Notes: generated by a model not told the origin, from the sequence alone. Shown: positions 1 to 9,347, numbered from the stretch's first letter. The stretch: DNA of 64,000 nt from Candidatus Onthoplasma sp. (GCA_965646995.1 CBFGBH010000007.1:4585-68584); one strand, 5' to 3'. Numbers and translations: made by a program.

Positions 1-1
1 T

Positions 2-520
2 ACAGTTACTTTGAAACGTGCAAAGATTGATACAAATAGTTCATTCGAGCGCATTGGGACTGGCACTCTTGATAATATGTATTTATCCAAAGATGCTGAT
101 GCAGTGTTCGTTGTGACAGACAACATGATAGAGTATTATAGATTGGGATATGGCGGTATAAAAGTATTGGTAGAAGACGATTCAGCTACATCTATGACCT
201 ATGTCGGTATGACTAATGGCTGTGTCGTATATGTAGATAATAATAAGGCTATCAAAATGGTGAGCTTCGCAGACGCTATCGCAGGTAGAGCGACCGAGAT
301 AGTGACCCTTGCTACAGTTGCTGATATGAAAGTTGACACCACAGCTATTATAAATTGTCTAGATTTGGATGACAACTATTTGTATTTCTTCAAAAATATC
401 GGTAGCGGTATGTATCTAAATAGATTACTGGTAAATAACAATTCAGGTAGCACGGAAGAGATGCTCGGTGTATATTTAGAAGACGATAAGCCCAAAACAG
501 ACGAAGACGAAAAAAAATAG
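2..520 (+). CDS. C-terminal fragment of a larger protein entering from upstream of the window; function unknown
   Basis: The frame is open from base 2, with no stop before the TTG at 11 used by the ORF track. It ends at TAG 518-520 with an acidic KPKTDEDEKK tail, and a hairpin terminator follows. Confidence 0.45.
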   Translation, partial: TVTLKRAKIDTNSSFERIGTGTLDNMYLSKDADAVFVVTDNMIEYYRLGYGGIKVLVEDDSATSMTYVGMTNGCVVYVDNNKAIKMVSFADAIAGRATEIVTLATVADMKVDTTAIINCLDLDDNYLYFFKNIGSGMYLNRLLVNNNSGSTEEMLGVYLEDDKPKTDEDEKK

Positions 521-550
521 GACTAAGGCCTATAAATTTTGAAACTAGCA

Positions 551-580
551 AAAAACCGAGGGTATATATTCTCGGTTTTT
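551..580. terminator. Bidirectional intrinsic terminator between convergent genes
   Basis: AAAAACCGAG (551-560) pairs with CTCGGTTTTT (571-580) around a 10-nt loop, with A/T runs on both sides. Confidence 0.6.
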
Positions 581-592
581 AATTTTATATTT

Positions 593-1135
593 CTATTTTA
601 TTGTGTATTCCCAAATCGGTTGCCACTTATGTTCAATTCTCCAATCACTCGCAAGAGCTTGTTCCCAAGTTTTATTGTTGGTGATTTTATCCATTGCAAG
701 TTGAGGAGCCTTATGTGCAACAATAGCAACTGTTTTCCCATCATAATTTTTCTTTAGAAAATCTAAAAATTCTTGTATTCTTTTTTCAACATCAAGCAAA
801 CACTCGCCATTGGGGAAATGTTTAGTTATGTGAGCACCGTAATTAGCAAGTTTGCTATCTTTACCATTGAAATCTCCATAATTGCATTCTCTAATTCGTT
901 TGTCTTTTATTATTTCTATCTCACGATTATAAAAATTTAATTTTGCACTTTCAACAGCTCGTTTTAAATCTGAACAAAACACAACATCTATTTTTTCATT
1001 TTCTATTGTTTTTGCAAGCGTAATACCTTGCATAATGCCTTTTTCTGAAAGTTCTCCTGGATTCCAACCTGTTGACAATTTTTCTAAATTGTCTGTTGTT
1101 GTTCCGTGAACAATATATTTAATTAAAACACTCAT
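593..1135 (-). CDS. Histidine phosphatase (phosphoglycerate-mutase-like) family protein
   Basis: N-terminal IKYIVHGTT motif (RHG-type variant) and a later VAIVAHKAP histidine motif. I take the ATG at 1135, preceded by AAGGAG, rather than the TTG at 1165 of the ORF track. Confidence 0.6.
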   Translation of the reverse strand: MSVLIKYIVHGTTTDNLEKLSTGWNPGELSEKGIMQGITLAKTIENEKIDVVFCSDLKRAVESAKLNFYNREIEIIKDKRIRECNYGDFNGKDSKLANYGAHITKHFPNGECLLDVEKRIQEFLDFLKKNYDGKTVAIVAHKAPQLAMDKITNNKTWEQALASDWRIEHKWQPIWEYTIK

Positions 1136-1139
1136 TTTT

Positions 1140-1739
1140 TTACTCCTTAAATTTTTTTGAATCAATATCGTAATGAAATAGAATATCCATAATATCTTTA
1201 AAGCGTTTTCTATATGTTCTTTTTGTTTTTTTGCTTAAATCATCAAAATCTTTGTTAAACCATTTAATATAGTAATTTACGCCTTCTTTTTCCAGTTCGT
1301 TCTTGTGCAATAGTTGAGCTGTTTCAAAACATCTTGGAATATTGTCAAAGTGGGCAAGAATATCAGCATCACAGACACATAATTCTTCTATATTTTCTGC
1401 GTTTTTACTACTTCTATGATGTAAAACACAACCTAAAACTTTTTCTCTTTTTTCTTTATCATAGTTTTGCCTAGTTAAAAATTCACGTGCAAGTTGTTCG
1501 CCGATAACATTATGTGTTGGCTTAGCTTCATAGCCATTTTTAATTAAGGCAATATCATGTAATAAAGCACCCAATTCAACTATTTCTTCATCTGCTTTGT
1601 ATTTTTCTGCAAGCATAAGAGCGTTATGGACTACGAATTTAATATGCTCATTCCAAAAATCATAGTGGTCAATAGATGTCATTTTGAATTTTTCACTTTC
1701 TTTTATCACAAAGTTCCGTGTTATTTCAATAATTTTCAT
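1140..1739 (-). CDS. HD-domain phosphohydrolase
   Basis: Motifs GALLHDIA, HHRSS and DADILAH. The stop lies 4 nt upstream of the next gene's ATG, so the two probably form an operon. A TGtTATAAT extended -10 sits just upstream. Confidence 0.65.
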   Translation of the reverse strand: MKIIEITRNFVIKESEKFKMTSIDHYDFWNEHIKFVVHNALMLAEKYKADEEIVELGALLHDIALIKNGYEAKPTHNVIGEQLAREFLTRQNYDKEKREKVLGCVLHHRSSKNAENIEELCVCDADILAHFDNIPRCFETAQLLHKNELEKEGVNYYIKWFNKDFDDLSKKTKRTYRKRFKDIMDILFHYDIDSKKFKE

Positions 1740-1830
1740 TTATCTACTCCTAATATATATATTATAACATAATCTCTAGCTAATTGTATTAATAATTAAA
1801 AAATAATTAAAAAATTCAATTGGCATTTAT

Positions 1831-1961
1831 GCGTGTGCTTGTCTTATACAAGTAGTGTCGCTTCGCTCCGCCAGACAAACACACGCCTATAAATAAACTT
1901 TGTTGCAAAAGAGCGGTTGCTGGCGGAGCATTACGCAGCCCGCTCTTTTGCTTTTTGTTTT
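1831..1961 (+). ncRNA. Candidate orphan structured small RNA ending in an intrinsic terminator
   Basis: Local GC-rich island. Hairpin 1831-1844/1873-1886. A 12-bp stem 1905-1916/1940-1951 is followed by TTTTTGTTTT. A 10-nt perfect complement links 1865-1874 to 1920-1929. No + strand CDS lies upstream. Confidence 0.35.
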
Positions 1962-1983
1962 CTTCTCTCTATTATTTTAGTTT

Positions 1984-2084
1984 AAACGAATATTCTTTGT
2001 TGTCAAGGTCAAGGCAAGTGCCATAAGATTTGAAAGTTTAGTGCTTTTCACGGCAACCTATGACAACGGCAGAAGTATTCGTTT
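1984..2084. other. ~100-nt imperfect long hairpin (structured element, strand unresolved)
   Basis: AAACGAATA (1984-1992) pairs with TATTCGTTT (2076-2084), and GTTGTCA..AGG pairs with CCT.TGACAAC further in. More GC-rich than the surrounding DNA. Confidence 0.3.
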
Positions 2085-2110
2085 TGCTTGGCAGTTAAGA
2101 GAGTAAGGGT

Positions 2111-2146
2111 AAAAAAGAAAACATAGATTCTTTTTCTATGCTTTTC
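2111..2146 (-). terminator. Intrinsic terminator of the CYTH-like gene
   Basis: The minus strand reads GAAAAGCATAG-loop-CTATGTTTTC followed by TTTTTT. Confidence 0.6.
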
Positions 2147-2186
2147 TTTACTTATTCCGCTAGTTTCAAAAGTAAGCAATTAAGTC

Positions 2187-2939
2187 CTATTTTTTCTTTT
2201 TCTTCTTCTCTTTTTCTTCCTTTCTGAGTTGAGCTTTGGTCTTGATAGGCGCTGCTGTATAAGCAGTCATCTTTCTAGCTATCATGATTTTCGTCTCGCT
2301 AGTAGGTGTCAGCTCTTTCACATATCTAGTGAGTTTACTTATAAGGTCTTCAAAGTCTGTGTCAGTGAGTTCGTTGCTGTGCTCATATATCGTTAAAATA
2401 TTTGCTACGGCTTTTTGATTATTGAAGTGGTTGGTATATATATCTTTATCAAATGAATAAGTGATTTTTAGACCCATTACATTCGCGCTTCTATATTCCA
2501 TACTGGTTGTTTCGATAGTGTATGCTTCTTGCAGTTTTCTCATCAAGAATTCTGCATCGAAATTTAGAGAAGAGAAGAACATAGATTTGAAGTTCTCTAC
2601 CAAGAAATCTTTGTGTTTAAGTAAATTATCGTGAGGTTTAATTTGCTTGGTATAATGTTTAAAATTAGTACGTAAAGTATACCTAGCAGTCGAACTAATC
2701 TTTTCTGTCGCCATATTAAGTTCGGTAAAATTGCCGATTTGGGTCTTGAATAAAACAATATTTGATTTTTGCAAATCATGATCAGGCGTATCGTAATAAG
2801 TAAACTTTTTCTTAATTTTATCTTCGAAACTCATCGTATACTTGGCGAAAAAAGAGTTAAGTTCAAGTACCTTTTCTCTCGATTTCTCATCGAACATCTC
2901 AAATCTTCGCTTTTGTCTTATTATATCTAAATGATGCAT
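2187..2939 (-). CDS. Hypothetical protein with a possible CYTH (triphosphate tunnel) fold and a poly-Lys tail
   Basis: KKFTYYDTPDHDLQKSNIVLF resembles the CYTH 'YyDTPd..L' core. The C-terminus is EKEKKKKKK. The domain call is weak. Confidence 0.4.
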   Translation of the reverse strand: MHHLDIIRQKRRFEMFDEKSREKVLELNSFFAKYTMSFEDKIKKKFTYYDTPDHDLQKSNIVLFKTQIGNFTELNMATEKISSTARYTLRTNFKHYTKQIKPHDNLLKHKDFLVENFKSMFFSSLNFDAEFLMRKLQEAYTIETTSMEYRSANVMGLKITYSFDKDIYTNHFNNQKAVANILTIYEHSNELTDTDFEDLISKLTRYVKELTPTSETKIMIARKMTAYTAAPIKTKAQLRKEEKEKKKKKK

Positions 2940-3040
2940 ATTACCCCTTAATATACTCTTATAATAATAGTTTAAATAAATATTGAAAAAAAATCAACAA
3001 ATTGTGGTCTTTTTTTATATCTTCGTGTTATAATTTGCAT

Positions 3041-4348
3041 ATGTCAGAGTTTAATCCGCGATTTTTAGATAGGATGAGTACGCTTTTAGGAGCAGAATAC
3101 GGAGATTTTTTATCCGCGCTAGAAAAGCCAGCAGAAAAAGCGATTTTTGTTAATACAAATAAGATTACTGTAGAGAAGTTTAAATCTATTGTTGATTTTT
3201 CACTGCAAACAATCAAGTATGAGAAATCAGGTTTTTATATAGATGGAGAGAAGTTGGGTCGCCATCCCTTGCATCATGCAGGTGCATTTTATATTCAAGA
3301 GCCAAGCGCGATGTTTACAGTGAATGCTTATTCTTTCAAGGGAGATGAATATGTGCTTGATATGTGTGCCGCCCCAGGCGGAAAGAGTATACAGATAGCA
3401 AATCGAATACCGAATGGACTATTAGTTAGTAATGAATATATCTCTAAGCGAGCAGATATTTTATATTCTAATATTGAACGAATGGGGTTGAAAAATGTAA
3501 TAATTACAAATGACTCGCCGGAAAATATTGCTACAGCGTATGCCAACACTTTCGATGTCTGCCTAGTCGATGCTCCATGTAGTGGAGAAGGTATGTTTAG
3601 GCGTGGCGAAGATATTGTGAATGAGTGGACAGAGAATGCTCCGGCACAATGTCGCATCCGTCAACTAGATATATTAGATAAAGCTGACAAGGCTCTTAAA
3701 ACAGGTGGTCATCTAATTTACTCTACTTGTACTTATTCTTTGGAAGAGAACGAGTCGGTAGTTAAAGAATTTATTGAAAGATATAACTATAAATTGATTC
3801 CTATTAACGAGGATTTTTCTCGCGGAATAGACTTAGAAGGAGCAGTTAGATTATACCCGCATAGAGTAAAAGGCGAAGGTCAGTTTGTAGCGGTGTTAAA
3901 AAAATGTAGTAAAAATGAGTTACAGCCGTGTGGTAATCTAAAGTTGAAAGAGAATAAACTAGCAGAGAAATTTGTTTTAGATAACACAGGTTTAGAAATT
4001 CTAGCATATGATTATAGGAGATATGCTTATTGCGTACCTGCTTTGTCTATGATTAAAAAGGGTATCAACTATGTTAGTTTAGGTGTGAGGTTAGGCGAAG
4101 AAAAGAATGCTAGATTAGAACCAAACCACTATTTATTTTCAGCATTTGGAGCGGAGTTTAAGCGAAAAATTGATTTGCCCTACGATTCATTATTAGCACA
4201 AAAATATTTGAAGGGAGAGACTTTTAGCGGTGAAATCAGTGATGGGTATTGTTCAATTTTATTCGATTCTTGCTCCATTGGTGGTGGAAAAGTGTGCGCA
4301 AATACAATTAAAAACCACTATCCAAAGGGATTGAGGAATTTCAAATAA
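3041..4348 (+). CDS. NOL1/NOP2/Sun-family rRNA cytosine-C5 methyltransferase (RsmF/RsmB-like)
   Basis: Motifs FYIQEPSAM, DMCAAPGGKS, DAPCSGEGMFRR and YSTCT. Start taken at ATG 3041 (MSEFNPRF). Confidence 0.8.
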   Translation: MSEFNPRFLDRMSTLLGAEYGDFLSALEKPAEKAIFVNTNKITVEKFKSIVDFSLQTIKYEKSGFYIDGEKLGRHPLHHAGAFYIQEPSAMFTVNAYSFKGDEYVLDMCAAPGGKSIQIANRIPNGLLVSNEYISKRADILYSNIERMGLKNVIITNDSPENIATAYANTFDVCLVDAPCSGEGMFRRGEDIVNEWTENAPAQCRIRQLDILDKADKALKTGGHLIYSTCTYSLEENESVVKEFIERYNYKLIPINEDFSRGIDLEGAVRLYPHRVKGEGQFVAVLKKCSKNELQPCGNLKLKENKLAEKFVLDNTGLEILAYDYRRYAYCVPALSMIKKGINYVSLGVRLGEEKNARLEPNHYLFSAFGAEFKRKIDLPYDSLLAQKYLKGETFSGEISDGYCSILFDSCSIGGGKVCANTIKNHYPKGLRNFK

Positions 4349-4463
4349 TAAAAAAATTTTAAAATTTTACCAATAAAAAGTTAAAAATATAAGCAAAATA
4401 AGTAAAATTAAGCAAAAATTTCATAAAATTTTAACTTTTTTTAAAAAAATTTTCAAAAAGGTA

Positions 4464-4492
4464 TTGAAAATTTAAAACTCTTGCAGTATAAT
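4464..4492 (+). promoter_or_regulatory. Sigma-A-type promoter with an A/T-tract UP-like element
   Basis: TTGAAA (4464-4469), 17 nt, TATAAT (4487-4492). Preceded by AAAAAAATTTTCAAAAA, a module also seen ahead of the 23S promoters. Confidence 0.6.
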
Positions 4493-4517
4493 AGTGGCAT
4501 ATAAAGGAGATTTTATT

Positions 4518-5690
4518 ATGGCATGGATGGCATTTCTTAGTGTTTTAGCAATTTTAGGGATTGTTTTAGTAGGTGGAGGACTTATCGCTTTCTTGATTCA
4601 TATGATACTTGGAGCATTTGACAGCGGTAAAAATGCTGAAAATACTAATGTTAATACTTCTAAAGAAGTTATTGATTATAAAGAGTTCAAACAGTTAGAG
4701 AACGCGAACACTGTTGACAAGGAATATGATTTTGAAGCTATTGATGAGGCTAAGGCTGAGTCAGAGAAGAAACTTGCAGAGAATGATGAGACAAAAGAAG
4801 ATATATTCGACCTTGATAATACTACAGATGAAGAAGACATTGCTCAAATCGAAGAGAGACTTAAGAGTGAGAACGTAGAATCTAGCGAAGACGATGATTT
4901 GTCTGACCTTCTTGATGAGATAGCTAATGATGTGGTTGACGAAGAAAAAGATAAGATTCAGGAAGAGAATGCTCCTAAAATGGATGAAAAATTAGAGTCT
5001 TATAGTATTGATGATTATTTAAAGACAATCAACGAAGACAATACAGAAGAATCAGAAGTAGTAGAAGAGACAGAGGAAGAAGAGACTGAACTAGTGGAAA
5101 CTGAGCCTGTTGTAGTAGAAGCGAAGTCTAACGAAGAATTAGATAATGCAAATCAAGTAATAGCAGATTTAAAAGCTCAATTAGAGTCATTAAATGCACA
5201 GTTGGCATTAGCTAGAACTGCAAATAAGACTGAAGTTGCTATCGATATGACTGAGGATGAGTGTGTAGCAAGACTTGAGACATTAGAAGAGAGACTTAAG
5301 AACGCTAAGCGTGAGTACAAAATTAATGGTAAAGAGTATCGTCCACTTAAGAAAGTGATGAACGACCTAGAGCGTAATCAGACTAAACTTAGAAGAAGAG
5401 AAGCAGTAGTAGCGAAGAAGAAAGTCGCTTTATATGGTGTAAACAATTATGTTGACATTGATAAAGAGAAAGCAGAGCAACTAGCTAACGAGATAGAATT
5501 ACTTGAAGGTCTACGTCTAAGTGTTCAACACTGTGAAGAAGTTATCAACGAGAGCAAGGATAGATATCCAATCTTAGAGCATACCAATAATATTCTTGAA
5601 GAGCAGATTTCTCAGCTCGAGGCAGATATCGAGAGAACAAACATAGTTCTTCAAAAGATTAGAGACAAGAAAGGTAATGGCGAGAAATAA
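4518..5690 (+). CDS. N-terminally membrane-anchored acidic coiled-coil protein
   Basis: AAAGGAG RBS and ATG 4518. TM segment MAWMAFLSVLAILGIVLVGGGLIAFLIHMIL, then a D/E-rich stretch, then heptad-like K/E/L-rich sequence. Confidence 0.7.
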   Translation: MAWMAFLSVLAILGIVLVGGGLIAFLIHMILGAFDSGKNAENTNVNTSKEVIDYKEFKQLENANTVDKEYDFEAIDEAKAESEKKLAENDETKEDIFDLDNTTDEEDIAQIEERLKSENVESSEDDDLSDLLDEIANDVVDEEKDKIQEENAPKMDEKLESYSIDDYLKTINEDNTEESEVVEETEEEETELVETEPVVVEAKSNEELDNANQVIADLKAQLESLNAQLALARTANKTEVAIDMTEDECVARLETLEERLKNAKREYKINGKEYRPLKKVMNDLERNQTKLRRREAVVAKKKVALYGVNNYVDIDKEKAEQLANEIELLEGLRLSVQHCEEVINESKDRYPILEHTNNILEEQISQLEADIERTNIVLQKIRDKKGNGEK

Positions 5691-5768
5691 GACAAATCTA
5701 ACTAATTGCAAATTAAAAAATAATCTCTATTAGGGATTATTTTTTATATAAAGTTACATACTACTCCT

Positions 5769-6599
5769 ATGAGATTTAAAGAATATCTAAGTGAAAGAAA
5801 AAAAAGAAAGTTTAAAAAGAAATATAAAGTAGGTTTGTGTTTAAGTGGCGGTGGAGCTAGGGGATTTGCGCATTTGGGTGCATTTAAGGCATTTGAAGAA
5901 TATGGCATTACATTCGACATGGTAGCAGGTACTAGTGCAGGCAGCCTTTTCGGTGCAATTTATGCTACAGGGATTTCATATGAAGATATGTACAAATTAA
6001 CAGATGGAGTTAAAAATACTGATTTTAGGAGCGCTAAACTAGGATTTTTACCCTCTAGAATGGATAGGTTATCCGCTCTAATTAATAAAACATTGACTAT
6101 AGAGAGGATAGAAGATTTACCCATTCCACTTTATGTAGTAGCAGTGGATTTAAAGACGGGAAAAGAATTGCATTTTAATACAGGAGAGATAGCTCCAGTT
6201 GTTTGTGGTAGTTGTGCTATACCAGGAGTGTTCTTGCCAGTCAAATATAAAAATATGGTGCTAATTGATGGAGGTTCGCGCAATAATATTCCGGCAGATG
6301 TTTTAAAAATGGCCGATTGTGACTTTGTAGTAACGATTGATTGTAACTGTTCGCGTGGTGGGGGTACTAGTAGCAATAATATTTTCACTCAATTTATGAC
6401 AGCAGTAGGTATTATGATGGTCAATAATTCAGTTCAAGGTAAAAATTATAGCGATATTGTTATATGTCCAGATATGAGACGCTTTAATTCATTGAAAATT
6501 ATTGACAAAGATGCTATGATAGAAGAAGGATACAAGGCTACAATAGCTAAGATGCCGGAAATTCTTGACCTATTTCTAGGCAAAATCAAAAAAAGATAA
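5769..6599 (+). CDS. Patatin-like phospholipase
   Basis: GGGARG oxyanion motif, GTSAG nucleophile elbow and a later DGG motif. Confidence 0.8.
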   Translation: MRFKEYLSERKKRKFKKKYKVGLCLSGGGARGFAHLGAFKAFEEYGITFDMVAGTSAGSLFGAIYATGISYEDMYKLTDGVKNTDFRSAKLGFLPSRMDRLSALINKTLTIERIEDLPIPLYVVAVDLKTGKELHFNTGEIAPVVCGSCAIPGVFLPVKYKNMVLIDGGSRNNIPADVLKMADCDFVVTIDCNCSRGGGTSSNNIFTQFMTAVGIMMVNNSVQGKNYSDIVICPDMRRFNSLKIIDKDAMIEEGYKATIAKMPEILDLFLGKIKKR

Positions 6600-7627
6600 T
6601 GAAATCTACACAAAAGAAAAAATCGATAATTATAGTGAGCATTATAGCATTATTATCATTACTATGTATTTTTTCGTGTTGTATTAATCCATTATTAAAA
6701 GAGATATTAAAAAATAACTTTAATATCGTTTCGGCAAAAGGCAATGTTTTAATTCATTTTATATCAGTTGGTCATGGAGACGCTATAGCAATTAATTTGC
6801 CGGATAATAAGATAATGCTCATAGATACAGGAGACATTTCTACTGCTAGTACTGTGACTAATTATATTAGAGATAAAGTCATGCATACTCATAATAATAA
6901 GATAATAGATTATTTGGTGCTTACACATGCGGATGCAGACCATATCGGTGGAGCATTACGATTGCTCACTGAATTTGATATACAAAAAATATTTTTACCA
7001 TCGGTCAGTAAAGATACACTCACATACAATAATTTAATGTCATATATCGAGAATAATTCTTACGACACTATGATTAATACAGATGGCTATATAATAGAAA
7101 ATAATTATTACATAGAATTCTTTGGACCACTTAGCTATACCGATACGAATAATTCATGTCCTGTTATTAAATTTAGTGTCCAAGATACAAGTTTTCTATT
7201 TACAGGAGACATTTCATCCCAAGTCGAAACTGACCTAATAGATAAATATGGAATTAGGCTTGATTCAGATATACTAAAAGTCGCACATCATGGTAGCAAA
7301 TATTCTACTAGTATGGAGTTTTTAAATTTGGTCACGCCTAAATATTCGGTTATATCTTGTGGCAATCAATATGGTCATCCATCTGATATTGTGATGAATA
7401 ATCTAATGAATAGCGGTAGTGGCATTCTCCGCACAGATATAGATGGGAATATTATGTTTGTGGTGGGAGAAGAGTATGATGTGACTGTATTATCAGGGAA
7501 TTATACTATCACTAGTCTAAGTTTGGATTATAGAATTTTGATTTGCATTATAGATAGTATTCTTATGGTAAATATTGTCATTATTATTTTTAAAAAAGAT
7601 AGAAAAGTGAAGAATAAACGAAAATAA
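6599..7627 (+). CDS. Membrane-anchored metallo-beta-lactamase-fold protein (ComEC C-terminal-domain-like)
   Basis: VGHGDA, LTHADADHIGG and VAHHGS motifs, with N- and C-terminal TM segments. The start overlaps the patatin stop (ATAATGA). Confidence 0.7.
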   Translation: MKSTQKKKSIIIVSIIALLSLLCIFSCCINPLLKEILKNNFNIVSAKGNVLIHFISVGHGDAIAINLPDNKIMLIDTGDISTASTVTNYIRDKVMHTHNNKIIDYLVLTHADADHIGGALRLLTEFDIQKIFLPSVSKDTLTYNNLMSYIENNSYDTMINTDGYIIENNYYIEFFGPLSYTDTNNSCPVIKFSVQDTSFLFTGDISSQVETDLIDKYGIRLDSDILKVAHHGSKYSTSMEFLNLVTPKYSVISCGNQYGHPSDIVMNNLMNSGSGILRTDIDGNIMFVVGEEYDVTVLSGNYTITSLSLDYRILICIIDSILMVNIVIIIFKKDRKVKNKRK

Positions 7628-7819
7628 TCTACACATATTACTTATGTAAGGTTAATCCTTACGACATAGAGAGATAGTTCTATGCTCTAAAAAAACTATA
7701 ATATTTTATCTGAATTAGATTAACAATCGTTAATTAATTCATCATTTACAAAATAAAATAGTTTCGAGTGTAAACAACATCTCTCTTTTTTAATAAAAAA
7801 AGAGCTAGATAACTCTTTT

Positions 7820-8170
7820 TTATAATTCCGTATGATTGTTTTTAGCGTCTATATATTCGCGTAGTGTATGCCTACAATAAGCCAAATCACGAATAGTGCT
7901 ATAATTAATATTCTCAAAGTGTCCAGGATATTCATGAGCATAATATCTCATTTCATCGAATGATGGAGCTAGTTCGACATAAGTTACTTTTTTAAATTGT
8001 TCAGGGTCAATGTTAAATTTTTTTAATGTATCATCTGCTCCTGTAAATCTACCATTGCGTAGTGCGTCAATGAGCAGTGCATCGTGAATATCGTTTACTA
8101 TAGTACCGCCTTTACCTAAATATTTTTTGCCCATTTTAACGACTACTATCAAACCATTTATACTTGCCAT
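7820..8170 (-). CDS. Hypothetical protein
   Basis: 116-aa ORF with an AGGAGG RBS before the ATG at 8170. No motif recognised. Confidence 0.5.
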   Translation of the reverse strand: MASINGLIVVVKMGKKYLGKGGTIVNDIHDALLIDALRNGRFTGADDTLKKFNIDPEQFKKVTYVELAPSFDEMRYYAHEYPGHFENINYSTIRDLAYCRHTLREYIDAKNNHTEL

Positions 8171-8263
8171 ATGTTACCTCCTGTGATGAATAACGATAGT
8201 ATATCATAAATCTTTTATTTGTCAATAGGGAAATAAAAAAAATGTGCATGTAGCACATTTTCA

Positions 8264-8803
8264 TTATCTCTTACTAAATTGTGGAGCACGACGAGCTTTC
8301 TTGAGACCGTATTTCTTACGCTCTTTCTTTCTAGCGTCACGAGTGATGAAGCCAGCTTTCTTAAGAGTAGGGCGTAGTTCAGGTCTGAACTCTGCTAATG
8401 CTCTAGTGATACCATGACGAAGTGCACCGGCCTGACCAGCTTTACCACCGCCATAGATGTTAGCAGTGATATCTACATTGCCTTCAGTCTCAGTTAATAC
8501 TAGAGGCTGTTTAACGATAGTGATAAGAGTATCAAGGTCGAAATATTCCTTTAATTCTTCACCATTAACTTTAATGCTACCAGTACCGGTAGTTAAGCGC
8601 ACACGAGCTACAGAGCATTTTCTTCTGCCAGTGCCTAAAAATTCTTGCACTTTAGCTTTAGCTGTTTTTGGTTTACTAGCCTTAGGAGCAATAGTTTTAG
8701 TTGTAGTTACCTTTGTAGCAGTTTTAGTCTCAGTAGCTTTAGGCTCAGTTTTAGCTACCTTAGTAGTCTTTTTAACTGTCTTCTTTTCTTCTAAATCAGC
8801 CAT
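8264..8803 (-). CDS. rpsI: 30S ribosomal protein S9 with a ~50-aa Lys/Thr/Ala/Pro-rich N-terminal extension
   Basis: [12 protein letters not shown] core and [19 protein letters not shown]-terminus. The start overlaps the rplM stop. Confidence 0.95.
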   Translation of the reverse strand: MADLEEKKTVKKTTKVAKTEPKATETKTATKVTTTKTIAPKASKPKTAKAKVQEFLGTGRRKCSVARVRLTTGTGSIKVNGEELKEYFDLDTLITIVKQPLVLTETEGNVDITANIYGGGKAGQAGALRHGITRALAEFRPELRPTLKKAGFITRDARKKERKKYGLKKARRAPQFSKR

Positions 8804-9240
8804 TAGTTGTTACCTCCGTTCCATACTTCTGGTTTTTGAGCTTGGTTATTGTGTTCAGCACCTTTGTAGATATGGCAGTGTTTAGCCATAGTTCTTCCTA
8901 AGCTATTCTTAGGAAGCATGCCTTTTACCGCTCTCATAAGTGCTACATCACTATGATTAGCCATCATGGTCTTGTACTGAGTAAGGTGTAGACCTGATTG
9001 GAAACCAGAGTAACGTTTGAAATATTTTTGTTCTTCTTTTTTACCTGTCAAAACGACCTTGTCGCTATTCAAGATAATAACATTGTCACCACAGTCAACA
9101 TTAGGAGTGAAAGTAGCCTTGTGTTTGCCACGAAGTAGTTTTGCAGCTTCGCTAGCAACACGACCTAGAGCTTTGCCTTCAGCATCTATAATGTACCATT
9201 TCTTTTCAACTGTGGCAGGTTTAGCCATAATTGTTTTCAT
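8803..9240 (-). CDS. rplM: 50S ribosomal protein L13
   Basis: [27 protein letters not shown] matches L13. Typical rplM-rpsI order. Confidence 0.95.
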   Translation of the reverse strand: MKTIMAKPATVEKKWYIIDAEGKALGRVASEAAKLLRGKHKATFTPNVDCGDNVIILNSDKVVLTGKKEEQKYFKRYSGFQSGLHLTQYKTMMANHSDVALMRAVKGMLPKNSLGRTMAKHCHIYKGAEHNNQAQKPEVWNGGNN

Positions 9241-9347
9241 TTTTATATTCTCCTTAATTTTTTTTAGTCCTTATTTCGCGTTCGGACTCTGTTAGAACAA
9301 TCTTCCCCGTGTGGCAAGAAAAATCTTCTAATGAGCAATACTTTATT

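Noticed and set aside
593-2939. HD phosphohydrolase, histidine phosphatase and CYTH-like genes considered as a dedicated nucleotide-signalling or defence module.
   Set aside because: The HD and phosphatase genes are co-transcribed, but the CYTH-like gene is separated from them by 447 bp and has its own terminator. The CYTH call itself is weak, so there is not enough evidence to propose a system.
8457-9295. Antisense ORFs across rpsI/rplM (8457-8885, 9017-9295). Similar shadow ORFs lie inside eno (44972-45448), ileS (47858-50281), the giant gene (29687-33059), tex, PFOR, gap and others.
   Set aside because: They overlap strongly supported conserved genes on the opposite strand. They also lack RBSs and recognisable motifs, so they are typical shadow ORFs.
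9241-9347. Possible ribosomal-protein L13 leader (autoregulatory RNA) in the ~100-nt rplM 5' UTR, with a hairpin AGTCC...GGACT.
   Set aside because: I cannot match it by eye to the known L13-leader consensus, and only a weak 5-bp stem is visible. A covariance-model scan is needed.
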